From contig CAWCKH010000004.1 of the NCBI GenBank assembly GCA_963796055.1, positions 1,056,001-1,120,000 of the forward strand: 64,000 nt of DNA, read 5' to 3'. The stretch comes from an uncultured delta proteobacterium. Lineage in GTDB: Bacteria > Myxococcota > Myxococcia > Myxococcales > Myxococcaceae. The position numbers and the translations under genes were made by a program. Positions 10,410 through 21,534 of this stretch are shown here, piece by piece. How positions within the stretch are numbered: the first letter of the stretch is position 1; every line of letters starts with the position of its first letter. The notes beneath the pieces are model-generated. The model had not been told where the DNA came from. It did no database searches and worked only from the letters and a program-made list of their open reading frames with translations.

Positions 10410-11909
10410 GTGAGACGAGGAGTCGCGACAGCGGTCGTTCTTCTCGGCGTCCTGTCGGGCAGTGTGGCGCGCTCCGACCCGGGATGGCGCGAGATCCGGG
10501 GACCGCACGTGGTGCTCCGGACCGACCTCGGCCCGGGTGCAGCAAGGGAGGCCGCGCTGGCCGTCGAGCGGTTCCGCGCGCAGATCATCGCCGCCGCCTG
10601 GCCGCGAGCGACGTTGCCGGGATCGGATCGCGTCGAGGTCACGGTCTTCGGGAACGGGCTGGACTTCGAGCGGCACTTCGGCCGCAACGTCGCCGGCGTC
10701 TTCTTCCACGACGTTCCCCCGTTTGCGGTCATGTACGGGCACCCGGAAAAGTGGGAGCACCGCGCCACCCTCGCGACCCCGGAGACGACGTCCGTCCTCC
10801 GCCACGAGCTGGTCCATCACCTCGCGGCCAGCATCTACCGGCGCCAGCCCCGCTGGTTCGCCGAGGGACTGGCCCAGTTCCTGGAGACGGTCCGGACGGG
10901 GGAGGATGGCAAGACGGTCGTCGTCGGCGCGGTCAATCTGGATGCGGTGCAGAAGTACCGGGCCTTCCGCAGCCTCCGCGTCGCGGAGGCCCTCGCCTGG
11001 TCGGGCACCCTCGACGGAATGCCCGAGGCCACGGTGCACGGGCTCTATGGCCTGAGCTGGCTGATGGTGCACTGGCTCTACAACGAGCGCCCCGCGCAGT
11101 TCGATCAGTTTCAGGGCCTGCTGGCCCGCGGGATCGACCCGGACAAGGCCTGGAAGATCATCCTCCCGGGCCTGAACACGCCAGATCTCGACGAGGCGCT
11201 GAACCGGTATTTCCAGCACGGGAACTACAAGGAGTACCTCGCCCCGTTCGCCGAGCCCGCGCCCCGCCTCGAGGAGATCCCCCTGACCGAGGCCGACGTG
11301 CACGCCGAGCGGGCCCGGGTCGCGATCGCCGCCGCGCGCTCCAGTACCGAACGGTCGCCTCACCAGCAGGAGGCGCAGCAGGAGCTGGCGACCGCCCTCA
11401 AGCTCGATCCGGAAGATGCGAACGCGCTGGTGTTGCAGTTCCGGCTGGCGGCCCCGAAGGACCGGGCGGCGATCGCCCGCCGGCTCACCGAGGCGCACCC
11501 CGAGGACGGACGCGGGTGGCTCCTGCTGGGCCGGGCCCTGAAGGACTCCGGCCCTGTCGCGGAACGCGAAGCGACCCTCCGCAAGGCGGTGGCGCTCCGT
11601 CCGGACGATCCCACTGCCCTGAACAATCTCGCCTGGCTCTACCTGGAGCAGGGGAAACCCACCGAGGCCGGTCCGCTGATCACCCGGGCAATCCAGCTCG
11701 CGCCGTACGATCCCAGCACCCTGGACACGCTCGCGGCAGTGCAGGCGATGCTCGGCCGGTGCTCGGAGGCCGTGGCGACGCAGGCCCGGGCGATCGACGC
11801 GCTTCCGGAGGGCGTGCCTGCAGCCGGACGGCGCGACTTCCAGGACCGTCTCGAACGCTACCGGACGCGCTGCACCTCCCCGGCAGCACCGGCCGCGAGC
11901 GGGGGTTGA
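10410..11909 (+). CDS. Exported DUF1570/gluzincin-like protein with C-terminal TPRs
   Basis: Signal peptide, HELVH...PRWFAEGLA motif, ALNNLAW TPRs. Confidence 0.8.
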   Translation: MRRGVATAVVLLGVLSGSVARSDPGWREIRGPHVVLRTDLGPGAAREAALAVERFRAQIIAAAWPRATLPGSDRVEVTVFGNGLDFERHFGRNVAGVFFHDVPPFAVMYGHPEKWEHRATLATPETTSVLRHELVHHLAASIYRRQPRWFAEGLAQFLETVRTGEDGKTVVVGAVNLDAVQKYRAFRSLRVAEALAWSGTLDGMPEATVHGLYGLSWLMVHWLYNERPAQFDQFQGLLARGIDPDKAWKIILPGLNTPDLDEALNRYFQHGNYKEYLAPFAEPAPRLEEIPLTEADVHAERARVAIAAARSSTERSPHQQEAQQELATALKLDPEDANALVLQFRLAAPKDRAAIARRLTEAHPEDGRGWLLLGRALKDSGPVAEREATLRKAVALRPDDPTALNNLAWLYLEQGKPTEAGPLITRAIQLAPYDPSTLDTLAAVQAMLGRCSEAVATQARAIDALPEGVPAAGRRDFQDRLERYRTRCTSPAAPAASGG

Positions 11910-11986
11910 CCTCCCTCACGGTAGGTGCGCCCCCCGGACGCCGCCCTCTACGGTCCCGGCCCCGGCTGCGGTATGAGTGCCTCCGG

Positions 11987-14302
11987 ATGGCCGGCACCCA
12001 GATCTTCGTCCGGAACCGGGAGGGGAAGGTGTTCGGGCCCATCGAGCCGTCCACCGTCGAGCTCCTGATCGACGGCGGCGTGCTCCAGGGCCTCCTGCAG
12101 GTCTCGATCGACGGAGAGAAGTACGCGCTGCCCTACCGCTTTCCCGAGCTCCGCGACTTCTTCCCCCGCCACCTCTGGGGAGACGACAACCGGCACGAGG
12201 TGCAGCTCGACTCCGCCCCGCCCGAGGGCCCGCCCGCCGCCACGCTGTTCGGCAGCGAGGCGCACTCCGAGGCCCCGGGGATCGCGCCCACGCTGACTGC
12301 CGCCGCCCCCGTCGCCCGTCCACCGGTGTCGGCGATCCGTCCGCCCGTCCCCGCTCCCCCGAACGCCGGGGCGCCCGCACCGCCCGTCCTCACCGCGGCG
12401 CCGGTCCAGCCACCCACGCCGACGCCACCGCCCGCGCCGGGACGGAGCCCCACCGGCACGTTCCCCGCTCCGCCGGTCATCACCGCCCCGCCGACCCAGC
12501 CACAGACGCTGACCCCGCCGCCCCGGGCGGCGATCCCGCTGCAGCCGGAGGATGCCTGGGCCGAGGCCGTGCCCTTCGAGCTCGCCCCGCCCGAAGCCCC
12601 CAAGCCGCCGGCCCGTGCGGCCGCGCCGCTCACCTCGACCTTCACCCTCCTCCGCGCGGACCTCGCCGAGACCAACGCCCTCAAGATCTACATCCAGGGC
12701 GCCCGCGCCGGCGCGACCGGCTTGTTCTTCTTCGACCTCGAGGACCGCACCACGACCTTGTACATGCGGCGCGGCAACCCCGAGTCCGCCGAGTCCACCC
12801 ACGCCTCCGACGCGATCGGCCCCTTCCTCGCCGCGCAGCGGCTGGCCACGCAGGAGCAGGTGGCCCGCGCCGAGCGGGAGGCGATCAAGTACGGCAACGA
12901 CGTGCTCGCGGCCCTCTTCACCCTCGGCGCGGTGAACCCGGGGCTGGTCTTCCCCGCGCTCGCCCAGCGAGCCGCGGACATCCTGCTCCGGGCGTACCTC
13001 GCGCCCCGGGGCAGCTTCCGCTTCGAGGCGCTCGAGCTGCCGGGGAGCAAGGTGGTCCCCCTCGGGAACCGCTGGGGTCTGCTGGCCGAGGTCATCCGGC
13101 GCGTGCCCTTGCCCGAGCTGAAGGTCCGGCTGATGGACGTCCGCGAGCGACCGGTGGTCCGCCGAAGCGCCGGCGACGCCCTGCCCGACCTCCGCCTCAC
13201 CGCCCAGGAGACGCGGGCGGTGAGCTACTTCGACGGGACCCGCTCGCTCGCCCACCTCGCCCAGAGCAACGCCGGGGAGATGGACACCATCTTGCGGGTG
13301 GCGCTGCTGCTCCGCGAGCTGGACGCGCTCTCGTTCCCCGAGGTCGCCCTTCGTGCGCCGCCCCCCGGGCCGCCCCCACCCCCGGGGGCTGTTCCGGCCC
13401 GGCCCACCCCGCCACCGAGGCCGCCGGTCGCGCCCGCGCAGTCCCAGGCGCACCCACCAGCCCCCCCGAAACCGGCCCCGAAGCCCACCGCTCCGGCCAC
13501 TGCCGCCAGCCCTCGCTCACCGATCCCTGCCATCACCCCCACCGGGCTGGCCTCCCTCCCCCAGGCAGACCCTCCCCGCATCGCACCGATGAGCCCGCCG
13601 CCGCGGCGCGCCTCCCCGGGCTTCGCCGCCGAGCTGCGCGCGCTGCAGGCGAAGCTGGAGAAGATCCGGAAGGAGAACTACTTCCAGGTGCTGGGCGTCC
13701 CCGAGAACGCCGATACGGCGATGGTCAAGGCGGCCTACTTCAAGCTCGCCAAGCTCTTCCACCCGGACACCGTCCCGCCCGAGGCGCCGCCCGAGCTGGG
13801 CAAGGCGAAGGCGGAGATCTTCGCCGCCGTCGGGGAGGCGAACCGGGTGCTGGCCGACGACGCCTCCCGTACCCGGTACAAGGAGACGCTCGCCGAGGGG
13901 GGGCCGGCCGACGTCGACGTTCAGGCGGTGCTCCTGGCCGAGGACACCTTCAACAAGGGAACGGCGCTGGTCCGGGCCCGCCGCTTCCCCGAGGCGGTGA
14001 AGACCTTCGACGACGCCATCGCCGCCAACCCCCGCGAGGGCGAGTTCTATGCCTGGCGGGGATACGCGCGCTTCTTCACCATCCAGGACAAGAAGGTGGC
14101 GATGGTCGAGGCGCTGCGCGACCTGAACCAGTCGCTCAAGCTCAACGAGCGCTGCGCCCCGGCGCACTACTTCATGGGCCAGCTGTACAAGCTCACCGGC
14201 GACCCGCCGACCGCGCTCAAGCACTTCAAGCGCTGCGTGACCCTGGATCCCCAGCACGTGAATGCGCAGCGTGAGATCCGGATCGCCACCGAGAAGAAAT
14301 GA
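11987..14302 (+). CDS. J-domain protein (GYF-like N-terminus, Pro-rich linker, DUF4388-like, DnaJ, TPR)
   Basis: NYFQVLGV...KLFHPD J-domain; KVFGP N-terminal motif; C-terminal TPRs. Confidence 0.85.
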   Translation: MAGTQIFVRNREGKVFGPIEPSTVELLIDGGVLQGLLQVSIDGEKYALPYRFPELRDFFPRHLWGDDNRHEVQLDSAPPEGPPAATLFGSEAHSEAPGIAPTLTAAAPVARPPVSAIRPPVPAPPNAGAPAPPVLTAAPVQPPTPTPPPAPGRSPTGTFPAPPVITAPPTQPQTLTPPPRAAIPLQPEDAWAEAVPFELAPPEAPKPPARAAAPLTSTFTLLRADLAETNALKIYIQGARAGATGLFFFDLEDRTTTLYMRRGNPESAESTHASDAIGPFLAAQRLATQEQVARAEREAIKYGNDVLAALFTLGAVNPGLVFPALAQRAADILLRAYLAPRGSFRFEALELPGSKVVPLGNRWGLLAEVIRRVPLPELKVRLMDVRERPVVRRSAGDALPDLRLTAQETRAVSYFDGTRSLAHLAQSNAGEMDTILRVALLLRELDALSFPEVALRAPPPGPPPPPGAVPARPTPPPRPPVAPAQSQAHPPAPPKPAPKPTAPATAASPRSPIPAITPTGLASLPQADPPRIAPMSPPPRRASPGFAAELRALQAKLEKIRKENYFQVLGVPENADTAMVKAAYFKLAKLFHPDTVPPEAPPELGKAKAEIFAAVGEANRVLADDASRTRYKETLAEGGPADVDVQAVLLAEDTFNKGTALVRARRFPEAVKTFDDAIAANPREGEFYAWRGYARFFTIQDKKVAMVEALRDLNQSLKLNERCAPAHYFMGQLYKLTGDPPTALKHFKRCVTLDPQHVNAQREIRIATEKK

Positions 14303-14303
14303 G

Positions 14304-14594
14304 ATGGGCCTCGACGGGAAGCAGCGCCGGAGGCTCCGGGCCCTCGGCCATCATCTCGCGGTGGTGGTGCAGGTGGGCCACGAGGGGGTCACCCCCGGCG
14401 TGCTGGCGGCGCTGGAGCAGGCGCTCTTCGACCACGAGCTGGTGAAGGTGAAGCTCTCCTCCGAGGACCGCGAGGCACGGAAGGAGCAGGGCCAGGCACT
14501 GGCCAGCGGGACCGGTGCCGAGGTGGCCCAGGTGCTCGGACGCACCGTCCTGTTGTACAAGGCGGACCCCGACCAGCCACGCATCGAGCTCTGA
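14304..14594 (+). CDS. yhbY: YhbY/CRM RNA-binding protein
   Basis: LRALGHHL, HELVKVK and QVLGRTVLLY motifs. Confidence 0.92.
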   Translation: MGLDGKQRRRLRALGHHLAVVVQVGHEGVTPGVLAALEQALFDHELVKVKLSSEDREARKEQGQALASGTGAEVAQVLGRTVLLYKADPDQPRIEL

Positions 14595-14695
14595 GCAAGG
14601 AGCACGATGAGCAGAAGCCCGCCCGGCTCCGTCACTGGGGCATGCCCAGGGAGGGTCCGCAGCGACGGCACCACCACCTGCGTCAGCACGCCGAA

Positions 14696-15451
14696 CTACT
14701 CGCGCTGCACCGGCGAGTGACGCCCGAGCTCCCGGGCGAAGCGCTCGCGCATCGCCGCCGCCACATGGACCGCGTCCATCCCGAGCGGGAACTCCACCGG
14801 GTCCAGCACCCGGACGCGGATGTCCACCCGAGGCGCCATCCAGGGTCCGTCGCCCACCACCAGCGCCCGGGTGCCGGACAAGAGCACCGGGACCAGCGGC
14901 ACGTGCTCGTCCCGGGCAAGGAGGAACGCCCCGGGCTTGAAGTGGAGCAGCGCCTCGCCCGGCGCGTACGTTCCCTCGGGGAACATCAGCACCGCCATCC
15001 CCCGTCGCAGCCAGCCCCGGCACTCCTCGAGCATCGACCGCGTCGAGTGCGGCCGCCCGCGCTCCAGCCGCACGTAGCGCAGCATCGACATCGTCCAGCC
15101 GAGCAGCGGCAGCGAGAACAGCGAGGCCTTGGACACGAACTTGAAGGGCCGGTGGAGCCCCATGCACGCCGCCACGTCGGCGAGCGACTGGTGGTTCACC
15201 ACCAGCACCGACGCGCCCCGGGGAATCCGTTCCCGCCCCTGCACCCGCACCCGCCAGAGCGGGTTCGCCCTGAGGTATGCGTGGCAGGACCGGCAGACGA
15301 ATGCGTGCAGCACCCGCCGGTCCGGGTCGAAGGGAGCGGTCACCAGGAACACCAGCGTCGCCAGGACGAAGAGCAGGGGCATCGTCAGCGCGACCAGCAG
15401 CCAGAAGGCCACCGTGACCGCGACGCTCGCCGGCGACGGACGGACGCTCAC
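14696..15451 (-). CDS. plsC: 1-acyl-sn-glycerol-3-phosphate acyltransferase family
   Basis: NHQSLAD and FPEGT motifs. Confidence 0.88.
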   Translation of the reverse strand: MSVRPSPASVAVTVAFWLLVALTMPLLFVLATLVFLVTAPFDPDRRVLHAFVCRSCHAYLRANPLWRVRVQGRERIPRGASVLVVNHQSLADVAACMGLHRPFKFVSKASLFSLPLLGWTMSMLRYVRLERGRPHSTRSMLEECRGWLRRGMAVLMFPEGTYAPGEALLHFKPGAFLLARDEHVPLVPVLLSGTRALVVGDGPWMAPRVDIRVRVLDPVEFPLGMDAVHVAAAMRERFARELGRHSPVQRE

Positions 15452-16239
15452 GTCTTGGCCGCGATGCGCGCGCCCACCGCCATGCCGTAGGCCACCTCCA
15501 GCCCGCCGTCGACCACCAAGGTCGTCCCGTTCACGTACCCGGCAGCGTCACTGAGCAGCCAGGCGATGGGGCGGGCGATCTCCTCGGGGCTGGCGATGCG
15601 GCCTGCGGGCACCTGCGACTCGACCGCCTCGGCCAGCGCGTCCCAGGCCGGGCCCATGTAGAAGCGCGAGCTGTCGGTGTCGATGTACCCAGGGTTCACC
15701 GCGTTGACCCGGATCCGGTCCGCCGCCAGCTCCGCGGCGAGGTACTTCACCAGCACCTCCATCGCCCCCTTCATCGCCCCCAGGAAGCCGTGGAAGGGCA
15801 GCGGCATCCGGCTGTCCATCCCCGAGACCGCCACGATGCTGGCCCCCGCGCGCCCCCGCATCAGCGGGACCGCGAGCTGGGCCAGCAGCACCAAGCTCTT
15901 CACCGTCACCGCGAAGGTCTTGTCCATCTGGTGCGGCTTCATCGCCAGGAGCGGGATGAATGCCGTGCTCGCCGCGTTGGCCACCACGGCGTCCAGGCCA
16001 CCAAAGGTCTCCCTCGTCCGGGCGAGCACCGGCTCCAGAGCGTCCGGCTCGAGCTGGTCGGCGCGGAGCACGAGCGCCCGCCCACCGAGCGAGCCCACCT
16101 CGGCCTCGAGCGAGCGCGCCGCGTCCTCGTCGCGGCGGAAGGTCGCCACCACGTCCCAGCCCTCGCGCGCGAGGAGCAGGCAGACCGCGCGGCCCACCCC
16201 GCGGGAGCCTCCGGTCACCAGCGCCACCCGGTTCGCCAT
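15448..16239 (-). CDS. SDR oxidoreductase, FabL-like
   Basis: [13 protein letters not shown] and VNAVNPG motifs; GTGA overlap with plsC. Confidence 0.88.
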   Translation of the reverse strand: MANRVALVTGGSRGVGRAVCLLLAREGWDVVATFRRDEDAARSLEAEVGSLGGRALVLRADQLEPDALEPVLARTRETFGGLDAVVANAASTAFIPLLAMKPHQMDKTFAVTVKSLVLLAQLAVPLMRGRAGASIVAVSGMDSRMPLPFHGFLGAMKGAMEVLVKYLAAELAADRIRVNAVNPGYIDTDSSRFYMGPAWDALAEAVESQVPAGRIASPEEIARPIAWLLSDAAGYVNGTTLVVDGGLEVAYGMAVGARIAAKT

Positions 16240-16310
16240 GGCCGCCTTCGTAGCAGACCCGACCGCGGTCCGGTGCAATCGGCCGCCCCACTTGAGCGTC
16301 TGCCAGATCG

Positions 16311-16718
16311 ATGGGACTGCTGCACGGACTCTGGCTACTGGTGGCAGGTGCGCTCGGCGCGGCGACGGTCGTCGCCCGGGACCGTCGCGGGGCGCGGGTA
16401 CTCCGGGAGCTGGAGCCCTACCAGGGCTGGATCGGCGTGGCGAGCGCGGTGGTCGGCGCCTGGCGGCTGCTCTGGGCACTGCTCGAGCTTCCGGTGCTCC
16501 GGTGGTTCAACCACTGGCTGCTCCGTGCGCTGGACGGGGCGCTGCTCCTCTCACTCGGCCTGGTGCTGGGGGTGGGCATCTTCCGGAGCTGGATGAGGAG
16601 CCCGAGGGCGCAGGCCACCCTGGATGGCTGGACGCGCAAGCTCCAGCCCTACCGCGAGAAGCTCGGAGTCACCGCGATGGTGCTCGGCGCCTTCCTGGTG
16701 CTCCGCGCCATCTTCTGA
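16311..16718 (+). CDS. Hypothetical membrane protein
   Basis: Four hydrophobic segments; fills the gap between neighbours. Confidence 0.7.
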   Translation: MGLLHGLWLLVAGALGAATVVARDRRGARVLRELEPYQGWIGVASAVVGAWRLLWALLELPVLRWFNHWLLRALDGALLLSLGLVLGVGIFRSWMRSPRAQATLDGWTRKLQPYREKLGVTAMVLGAFLVLRAIF

Positions 16719-16789
16719 GGCTCACCCGGGAGTTTCCGCGGGGTCGGGATGAACCGCGCCCCGGGTCTGGTTAGCATCGGGGCCACTCC

Positions 16790-17953
16790 ATGTACGTGCT
16801 CCGCATCGCGCTGTTCCTGGCCATCGTGCTGCTGGTCTTGGTCGGGGGACACGTCTACCTGTACCGCCGGATGTTCCGGGACACGACCACCGACCGGCGC
16901 ATCCGCCGCGTGGGAGCCCTCGGCCTGGCCATCGCCGCCGCCTCGCTCTTCCTCGCCCGCGCGGTCTTCGCCCGCTTCCACACCCCGTGGGGGGACGCGC
17001 TGGCCTTCGCTGCCTGGTGCTGGATGGGCGTGGGCCTGTACCTCGGGATGTCCCTGGCCGCGTTCCATCTCTGGCGGCGGGTGGACGGATGGCGGCGGAG
17101 CCGGTCCGGGGCGCCGCCGGTGTCGGCCGAGCGGCGGCAGTTCCTCGCCCGTGCGGCAGTCGGCGGTGCCGGGCTGGTGGCGGCAGGCTTCGGCGCCTAC
17201 GGCGTGCGGCGCGCGTTCGGGCCGCCGGTCATCGACGAGGTCGCGGTGCGGCTGCCGCGGCTCCACCGCGCGTTCGACGGGCTGCGGATCGTCCAGGTGA
17301 GCGACGTGCACATCGGCGACGTGCTGGGGCGGCCCTTCCTCGAGGACATGGTGCAGCGCTGCAACGCGCTGAAGCCCGATCTGGTCACGGTGACCGGGGA
17401 CCTGGTGGACGGCCCCGTGGAGCGCCTGGGGCCCGCCATCTCGGCGCTGCAGCGCCTGCGCTCGCGGTGGGGTACGTACTTCATCACCGGCAACCACGAG
17501 TACTACTCGGGCGACGTGGAGTGGTGCGCGGCGCTCGAGCGGATGGGCCTCGCCGTCCTGCGGAACCGCATGGTCACGCTCCGCGACGGGGACGCCCGGC
17601 TCGACCTGGTGGGCGTGGACGACTACGGACAGAAGGACCGGCCGCGGGGCTGGGACCTGGAGGCGGCGGTGGCCGGACGCGATCCGGAGCACCCGGCGGT
17701 GCTGCTGGCCCACCAGCCGCGGGCAGTCGAGGACGGGCTGGAGAAGGGCATCGGGCTGCAGCTCTCGGGGCACACCCACGGCGGGCAGATGTTCCCCATC
17801 ACCGGGCTGGTCGCGGCGCTGTGGACCTACTCGGCGGGGCTCTACCGCGTCGGCGACGCGCACCTGTACGTGCACCGCGGCACCGGCTTCTGGGGTCCGC
17901 CGATGCGCATCGGCAGCCCTCCGGAGATCGCCGCGATCACCTTGATGGCCTGA
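16790..17953 (+). CDS. Membrane-anchored metallophosphoesterase (YkuE/YaeI-like)
   Basis: SDVH, TGDLVD, GNHE and SGHTHGGQ motifs. Confidence 0.93.
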   Translation: MYVLRIALFLAIVLLVLVGGHVYLYRRMFRDTTTDRRIRRVGALGLAIAAASLFLARAVFARFHTPWGDALAFAAWCWMGVGLYLGMSLAAFHLWRRVDGWRRSRSGAPPVSAERRQFLARAAVGGAGLVAAGFGAYGVRRAFGPPVIDEVAVRLPRLHRAFDGLRIVQVSDVHIGDVLGRPFLEDMVQRCNALKPDLVTVTGDLVDGPVERLGPAISALQRLRSRWGTYFITGNHEYYSGDVEWCAALERMGLAVLRNRMVTLRDGDARLDLVGVDDYGQKDRPRGWDLEAAVAGRDPEHPAVLLAHQPRAVEDGLEKGIGLQLSGHTHGGQMFPITGLVAALWTYSAGLYRVGDAHLYVHRGTGFWGPPMRIGSPPEIAAITLMA

Positions 17954-17977
17954 TTCCTCACGGCGACTCCTCGCGGC

Positions 17978-19948
17978 TCACTTCGGTGCGGCGGCGGTCC
18001 TCGGGGCCACCACCCTCACCACCGCGGTCGAGCCGGGGATGCGCTCGCCCTGCAGCGGCTCGACGCGGCCCCCGAGGCATTGACCGAGGAATGCCTCGGC
18101 GCGAGCGGTGAAGTCCATCGCGTTCTCCGGCCGGGCGAAACCGTGACCCTCGTCCGGGTAGACGACGTACGTCACCCCGAGCCCGTGCTTCTCCAGCGCG
18201 GCGACGATCTGCTCCGACTCCGCCTGCTTCACCCGGGGGTCGTTCGCCCCCTGTCCGATGAGCAGCGGGACCTTGATCTTCTCCGCCGAGAAGAGCGGCG
18301 ACGCCGACTCGAGCAACTGCTTGTCCGCGGGGTCGTCGATGTTCCCGATGCGCCGGTCGAACATCGCCCGCATCGGCTTCCAGTATGGCGGGACGCTCCT
18401 CAGCAAGGTGAAGAGGTTCGATGGGCCCACGATGTCCACTCCGCATCGGAAGGCGTCGGGGCTGAACGCTGCGGCGGCCAGCGTGGCGTACCCGCCGTAG
18501 CTCCCTCCCATGATCGCCACCCGTCCCTTCTCGGCCACCCGCTCCTTCACCGCCCAGTCGACCGCGTCGAGCAGGTCGGTCTGCATGTCCTTGCCCCACC
18601 GCCTGTTCCCGGCGTTGAGGAACCTCCGCCCGTAGCCTGTGCTCCCGCGGTAGTTGACCTGCAGGACGGCGTACCCACGGTTCGCGAGCCACTGTCCGTA
18701 GGGAGAGAACTTCCAGTGGTCACGCCCCCATGGGCCGCCGTGGACGAAGAGGACCATTGGCCCGGCAGCGCTCGCACCGACCGGTCGGGTCAGGTAGCCA
18801 CGAAGCCTGAGCCCGTCGCGCGCGGGGAAGCTGACCGGCGTCATCTCTGCCAGCGGGGCCGACTCGAGCTTCGGCCGGTCGAGGAAGAGAAGCTTGCCCT
18901 GCAACGAGGCCCGGTCGAAGGAGAGGTAGCGGGTGGGCCCCTGCGGGTCCCGGAACGCGACCACCCAGCTCCGGTCCGCACGGTCGCGCGAGACGACCTC
19001 GGGAAAGCCGCGGGCCAGGTGCGGGAAGATATCGAAGTCCTTCTTCACCGTCGGGTCGAGCAAGGTCCAGGTCGGCAGCGCGGGCTCGAACACCACCCCT
19101 TCGACCACGTGACGGGTCGGGTGGACCGAGACCTCGGAGGGATCCACCTCGGGGTGCGAGGCAAGTACCTTCTCCGGACCACCGGACAGCGCGCGCTGGA
19201 CCACCCGTCCGGTCTCGCCGCCCGCGCTGGTCACGTACAGCACACCCTTGCCGTCCGCGGTCAGATCGAGCAGCTCCACATGTTCGTCCGGGCCCACGCG
19301 GGTGAGGGTGCGCCAGGACGCCTTCGTCGAGTCCCGCGCGAGGATCTCCTCCCCGCCATCGGCGCGGGTCGCAGCGGCGGCCTTCACCACCAGGTCGTCT
19401 GTGGCCGCCCACTGGGTGACGGTTCCCGGGTTCCTGGTGTCGAGCATCACCCCGCCGGTCCGCAGGTCCACCCGGTACACGTCGAGGCGCGCGCGGTCCG
19501 CGAGGTTCAGGGCCACCAGGACCTCCGAGGGACGGCGCGGGCTGTCGGCGACCAGCTCGGCGTGCACCCCGTCGAAGGGCGTGAGGTCGCGGACCTGCCT
19601 CGACTCGAGGTCGACCTTGTAGACGTGCCAGTCCTCGTTGCCCTTCACGTCCTGGATGTAGAGGATGGTCCGAGAGTCCTGACCCCAGAGGAATCGGCGG
19701 ATCGGCCGCTCCCGGTCGGCGCTCACCGGGGTGGCATCGTCCTTCCCGAGCGTCTGCACCCAGACCTGGAGGACGCCCTTGTCCGGCTGGAGCCAGCCGA
19801 GCCGCTTCCCGTCGGGGGAGAGGGCCGGGCTGGTCCGCTCGGGGTTTCCGAACAGCACCTCGCGGGGGATGAGCGGCGTCTCGGCGCGGGAGGCCAGCGC
19901 CGCGAGGAGGACGGAGAGAGCGAGCCGACGCACGGGGGTCCGGGCCAT
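17978..19948 (-). CDS. S9 family peptidase (dipeptidyl aminopeptidase/acylaminoacyl peptidase)
   Basis: HGGPW, GGSYGG, NDPRV and DEGHGF motifs; signal peptide. Confidence 0.95.
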   Translation of the reverse strand: MARTPVRRLALSVLLAALASRAETPLIPREVLFGNPERTSPALSPDGKRLGWLQPDKGVLQVWVQTLGKDDATPVSADRERPIRRFLWGQDSRTILYIQDVKGNEDWHVYKVDLESRQVRDLTPFDGVHAELVADSPRRPSEVLVALNLADRARLDVYRVDLRTGGVMLDTRNPGTVTQWAATDDLVVKAAAATRADGGEEILARDSTKASWRTLTRVGPDEHVELLDLTADGKGVLYVTSAGGETGRVVQRALSGGPEKVLASHPEVDPSEVSVHPTRHVVEGVVFEPALPTWTLLDPTVKKDFDIFPHLARGFPEVVSRDRADRSWVVAFRDPQGPTRYLSFDRASLQGKLLFLDRPKLESAPLAEMTPVSFPARDGLRLRGYLTRPVGASAAGPMVLFVHGGPWGRDHWKFSPYGQWLANRGYAVLQVNYRGSTGYGRRFLNAGNRRWGKDMQTDLLDAVDWAVKERVAEKGRVAIMGGSYGGYATLAAAAFSPDAFRCGVDIVGPSNLFTLLRSVPPYWKPMRAMFDRRIGNIDDPADKQLLESASPLFSAEKIKVPLLIGQGANDPRVKQAESEQIVAALEKHGLGVTYVVYPDEGHGFARPENAMDFTARAEAFLGQCLGGRVEPLQGERIPGSTAVVRVVAPRTAAAPK

Positions 19949-20021
19949 GGAGCCCCGCGTTCTAGCGCAAGAGCCGCCACTGGCGCGGTCCGCCGGTTCG
20001 TGGCAAGGCGTCGGGCAGCGC

Positions 20022-21509
20022 GTGCGCTCCGAAGCCCTCCGATGGTGGCCGGCGTGGCTCCTCGTCGCTGGGGGCCTGCTCGCGCTCGGCACCCGGTTCG
20101 TGGACCGGGACCTGGTCTCCTACGTCCTCGACGAGCCGCAGCTGCAGGACGCCGCGGTGCGGGACGCCCGGACCGGGCACTGGGCGTCCATCTCGGTGCT
20201 CCGGGGAACGCGCGGCGTGCGCTATGGACCTGCGCCGCTCTGGTTCTACACCGCGGTGCACCGGGTGGCGGGTCCGCGCCCGGAGGTCGGCATCCTCGCC
20301 GCGGGCCTCTTCCTCACCGGGGCGACGCTCGTGCTGGCGTGGGTGCTCGCCCGCCGGTCGCAGGCCCCCCCGCTGGTCCTCGCGGTGGCGCTGTGGCTCG
20401 CTGCGGCCTCGCCGTTCGCATTCCTGTGGAGCCGGCAGGGCTGGGACAACCCGCTGCTCGCCGGGTTCGTCGCGCTCACCGTGGCGGTTCTGGCGCGGAA
20501 CGGGCCGGTCCGGGCAGGGACGGCGGCGCTGGCCGGCGTGCTCGTCGGGCTCTCGCTGGGGACCCATCTCATGGCGGTGCCGCTGGCGATCGCGGTGGGG
20601 CTGGTCGTCCTCGGCGAGCGACGCGGCTGGCGAGACCGGCTCGTCCCGCTCGGGACGATGGTGCTGGTCGCCGGGGTGGTGCTGCTTCCCTATGCGCGGG
20701 CCCTCCTCCACGAGGCCGCCGCGCCGGCGCCCGTTGCCGCGGTCGGCCTCGGGGCGCGCCTGGAACGGGCGCTCGAGGCGCTGGTGACCCCCGCCGCACA
20801 CACCGCCGGCCTCGGGCTCGCCTACTTCTTCGACGCGGACTGGACCCGGTTCACCTCCGAGCGGTGGGCAGCCGCGGCCCTTCCGCTCATCGGTCCCGTC
20901 GTCGCGGTGGTGGTTGGCCTGGGCACTCTTCTCGGCCTGGTCCTCGGGCTGCGCGCGGCGTCGCCCGGCCTCCGGCGCGTGGCGCGGCTCGGCCTCTGGA
21001 CCTGGGGGCTGCACGCCGCGTTCCTGGGTCTGCTCGCGCTTCCTCCCGAGCCGCACTACCAGCAGCCGGTGCTGTGGGTGCCGGTGGCCGGATGGGCGCT
21101 TGCGGTGGCGACGCTCTGGCCGCGGCGCCCCCGGGCAGCCCTGGCACTCGCCGGTCTCGCCCTCGGCGTGGGCCTCTGGGGGCTCACGCTCCAGCGGACC
21201 TGGATGGGCTGGATCCGCGAGCAGGGGGGGACCCGCGGCATCCACTACGGGTTGACGCTCGGAGCCCAGCGGGCCGCCCTGGCCGAGGCCTGCAGGGCAT
21301 CGACGCCGGGCATCGCGCTCGAGCTCCAGATCCTCGCCTTTCCCGAGAGCTTCCGTTCCCTGGCGCGCACCGAGCCGGCCTGTCTCCGCCACCGGGTGGA
21401 GGTCTGTGGCGCGGTCTGCGCGGGCCTCGCCCCCGGATGGAGCATCGCCACCCTGCAGTATGTCGGCCCTGGCGCACGGCTCGCCCCGGTGCAGCTCCGG
21501 AGCCGCTGA
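20022..21509 (+). CDS. Polytopic membrane protein, GT-C/PMT glycosyltransferase-like
   Basis: DE motif after TM1, YGP motif, many TMs; start approximate. Confidence 0.6.
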   Translation: MRSEALRWWPAWLLVAGGLLALGTRFVDRDLVSYVLDEPQLQDAAVRDARTGHWASISVLRGTRGVRYGPAPLWFYTAVHRVAGPRPEVGILAAGLFLTGATLVLAWVLARRSQAPPLVLAVALWLAAASPFAFLWSRQGWDNPLLAGFVALTVAVLARNGPVRAGTAALAGVLVGLSLGTHLMAVPLAIAVGLVVLGERRGWRDRLVPLGTMVLVAGVVLLPYARALLHEAAAPAPVAAVGLGARLERALEALVTPAAHTAGLGLAYFFDADWTRFTSERWAAAALPLIGPVVAVVVGLGTLLGLVLGLRAASPGLRRVARLGLWTWGLHAAFLGLLALPPEPHYQQPVLWVPVAGWALAVATLWPRRPRAALALAGLALGVGLWGLTLQRTWMGWIREQGGTRGIHYGLTLGAQRAALAEACRASTPGIALELQILAFPESFRSLARTEPACLRHRVEVCGAVCAGLAPGWSIATLQYVGPGARLAPVQLRSR

Positions 21510-21534
21510 TGGAGGAATCCCATGAGAGTGACGC

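Noticed and set aside
14595..14695. Coding-like in-frame continuation after the plsC stop codon
   Set aside because: Too short, with no recognisable family.
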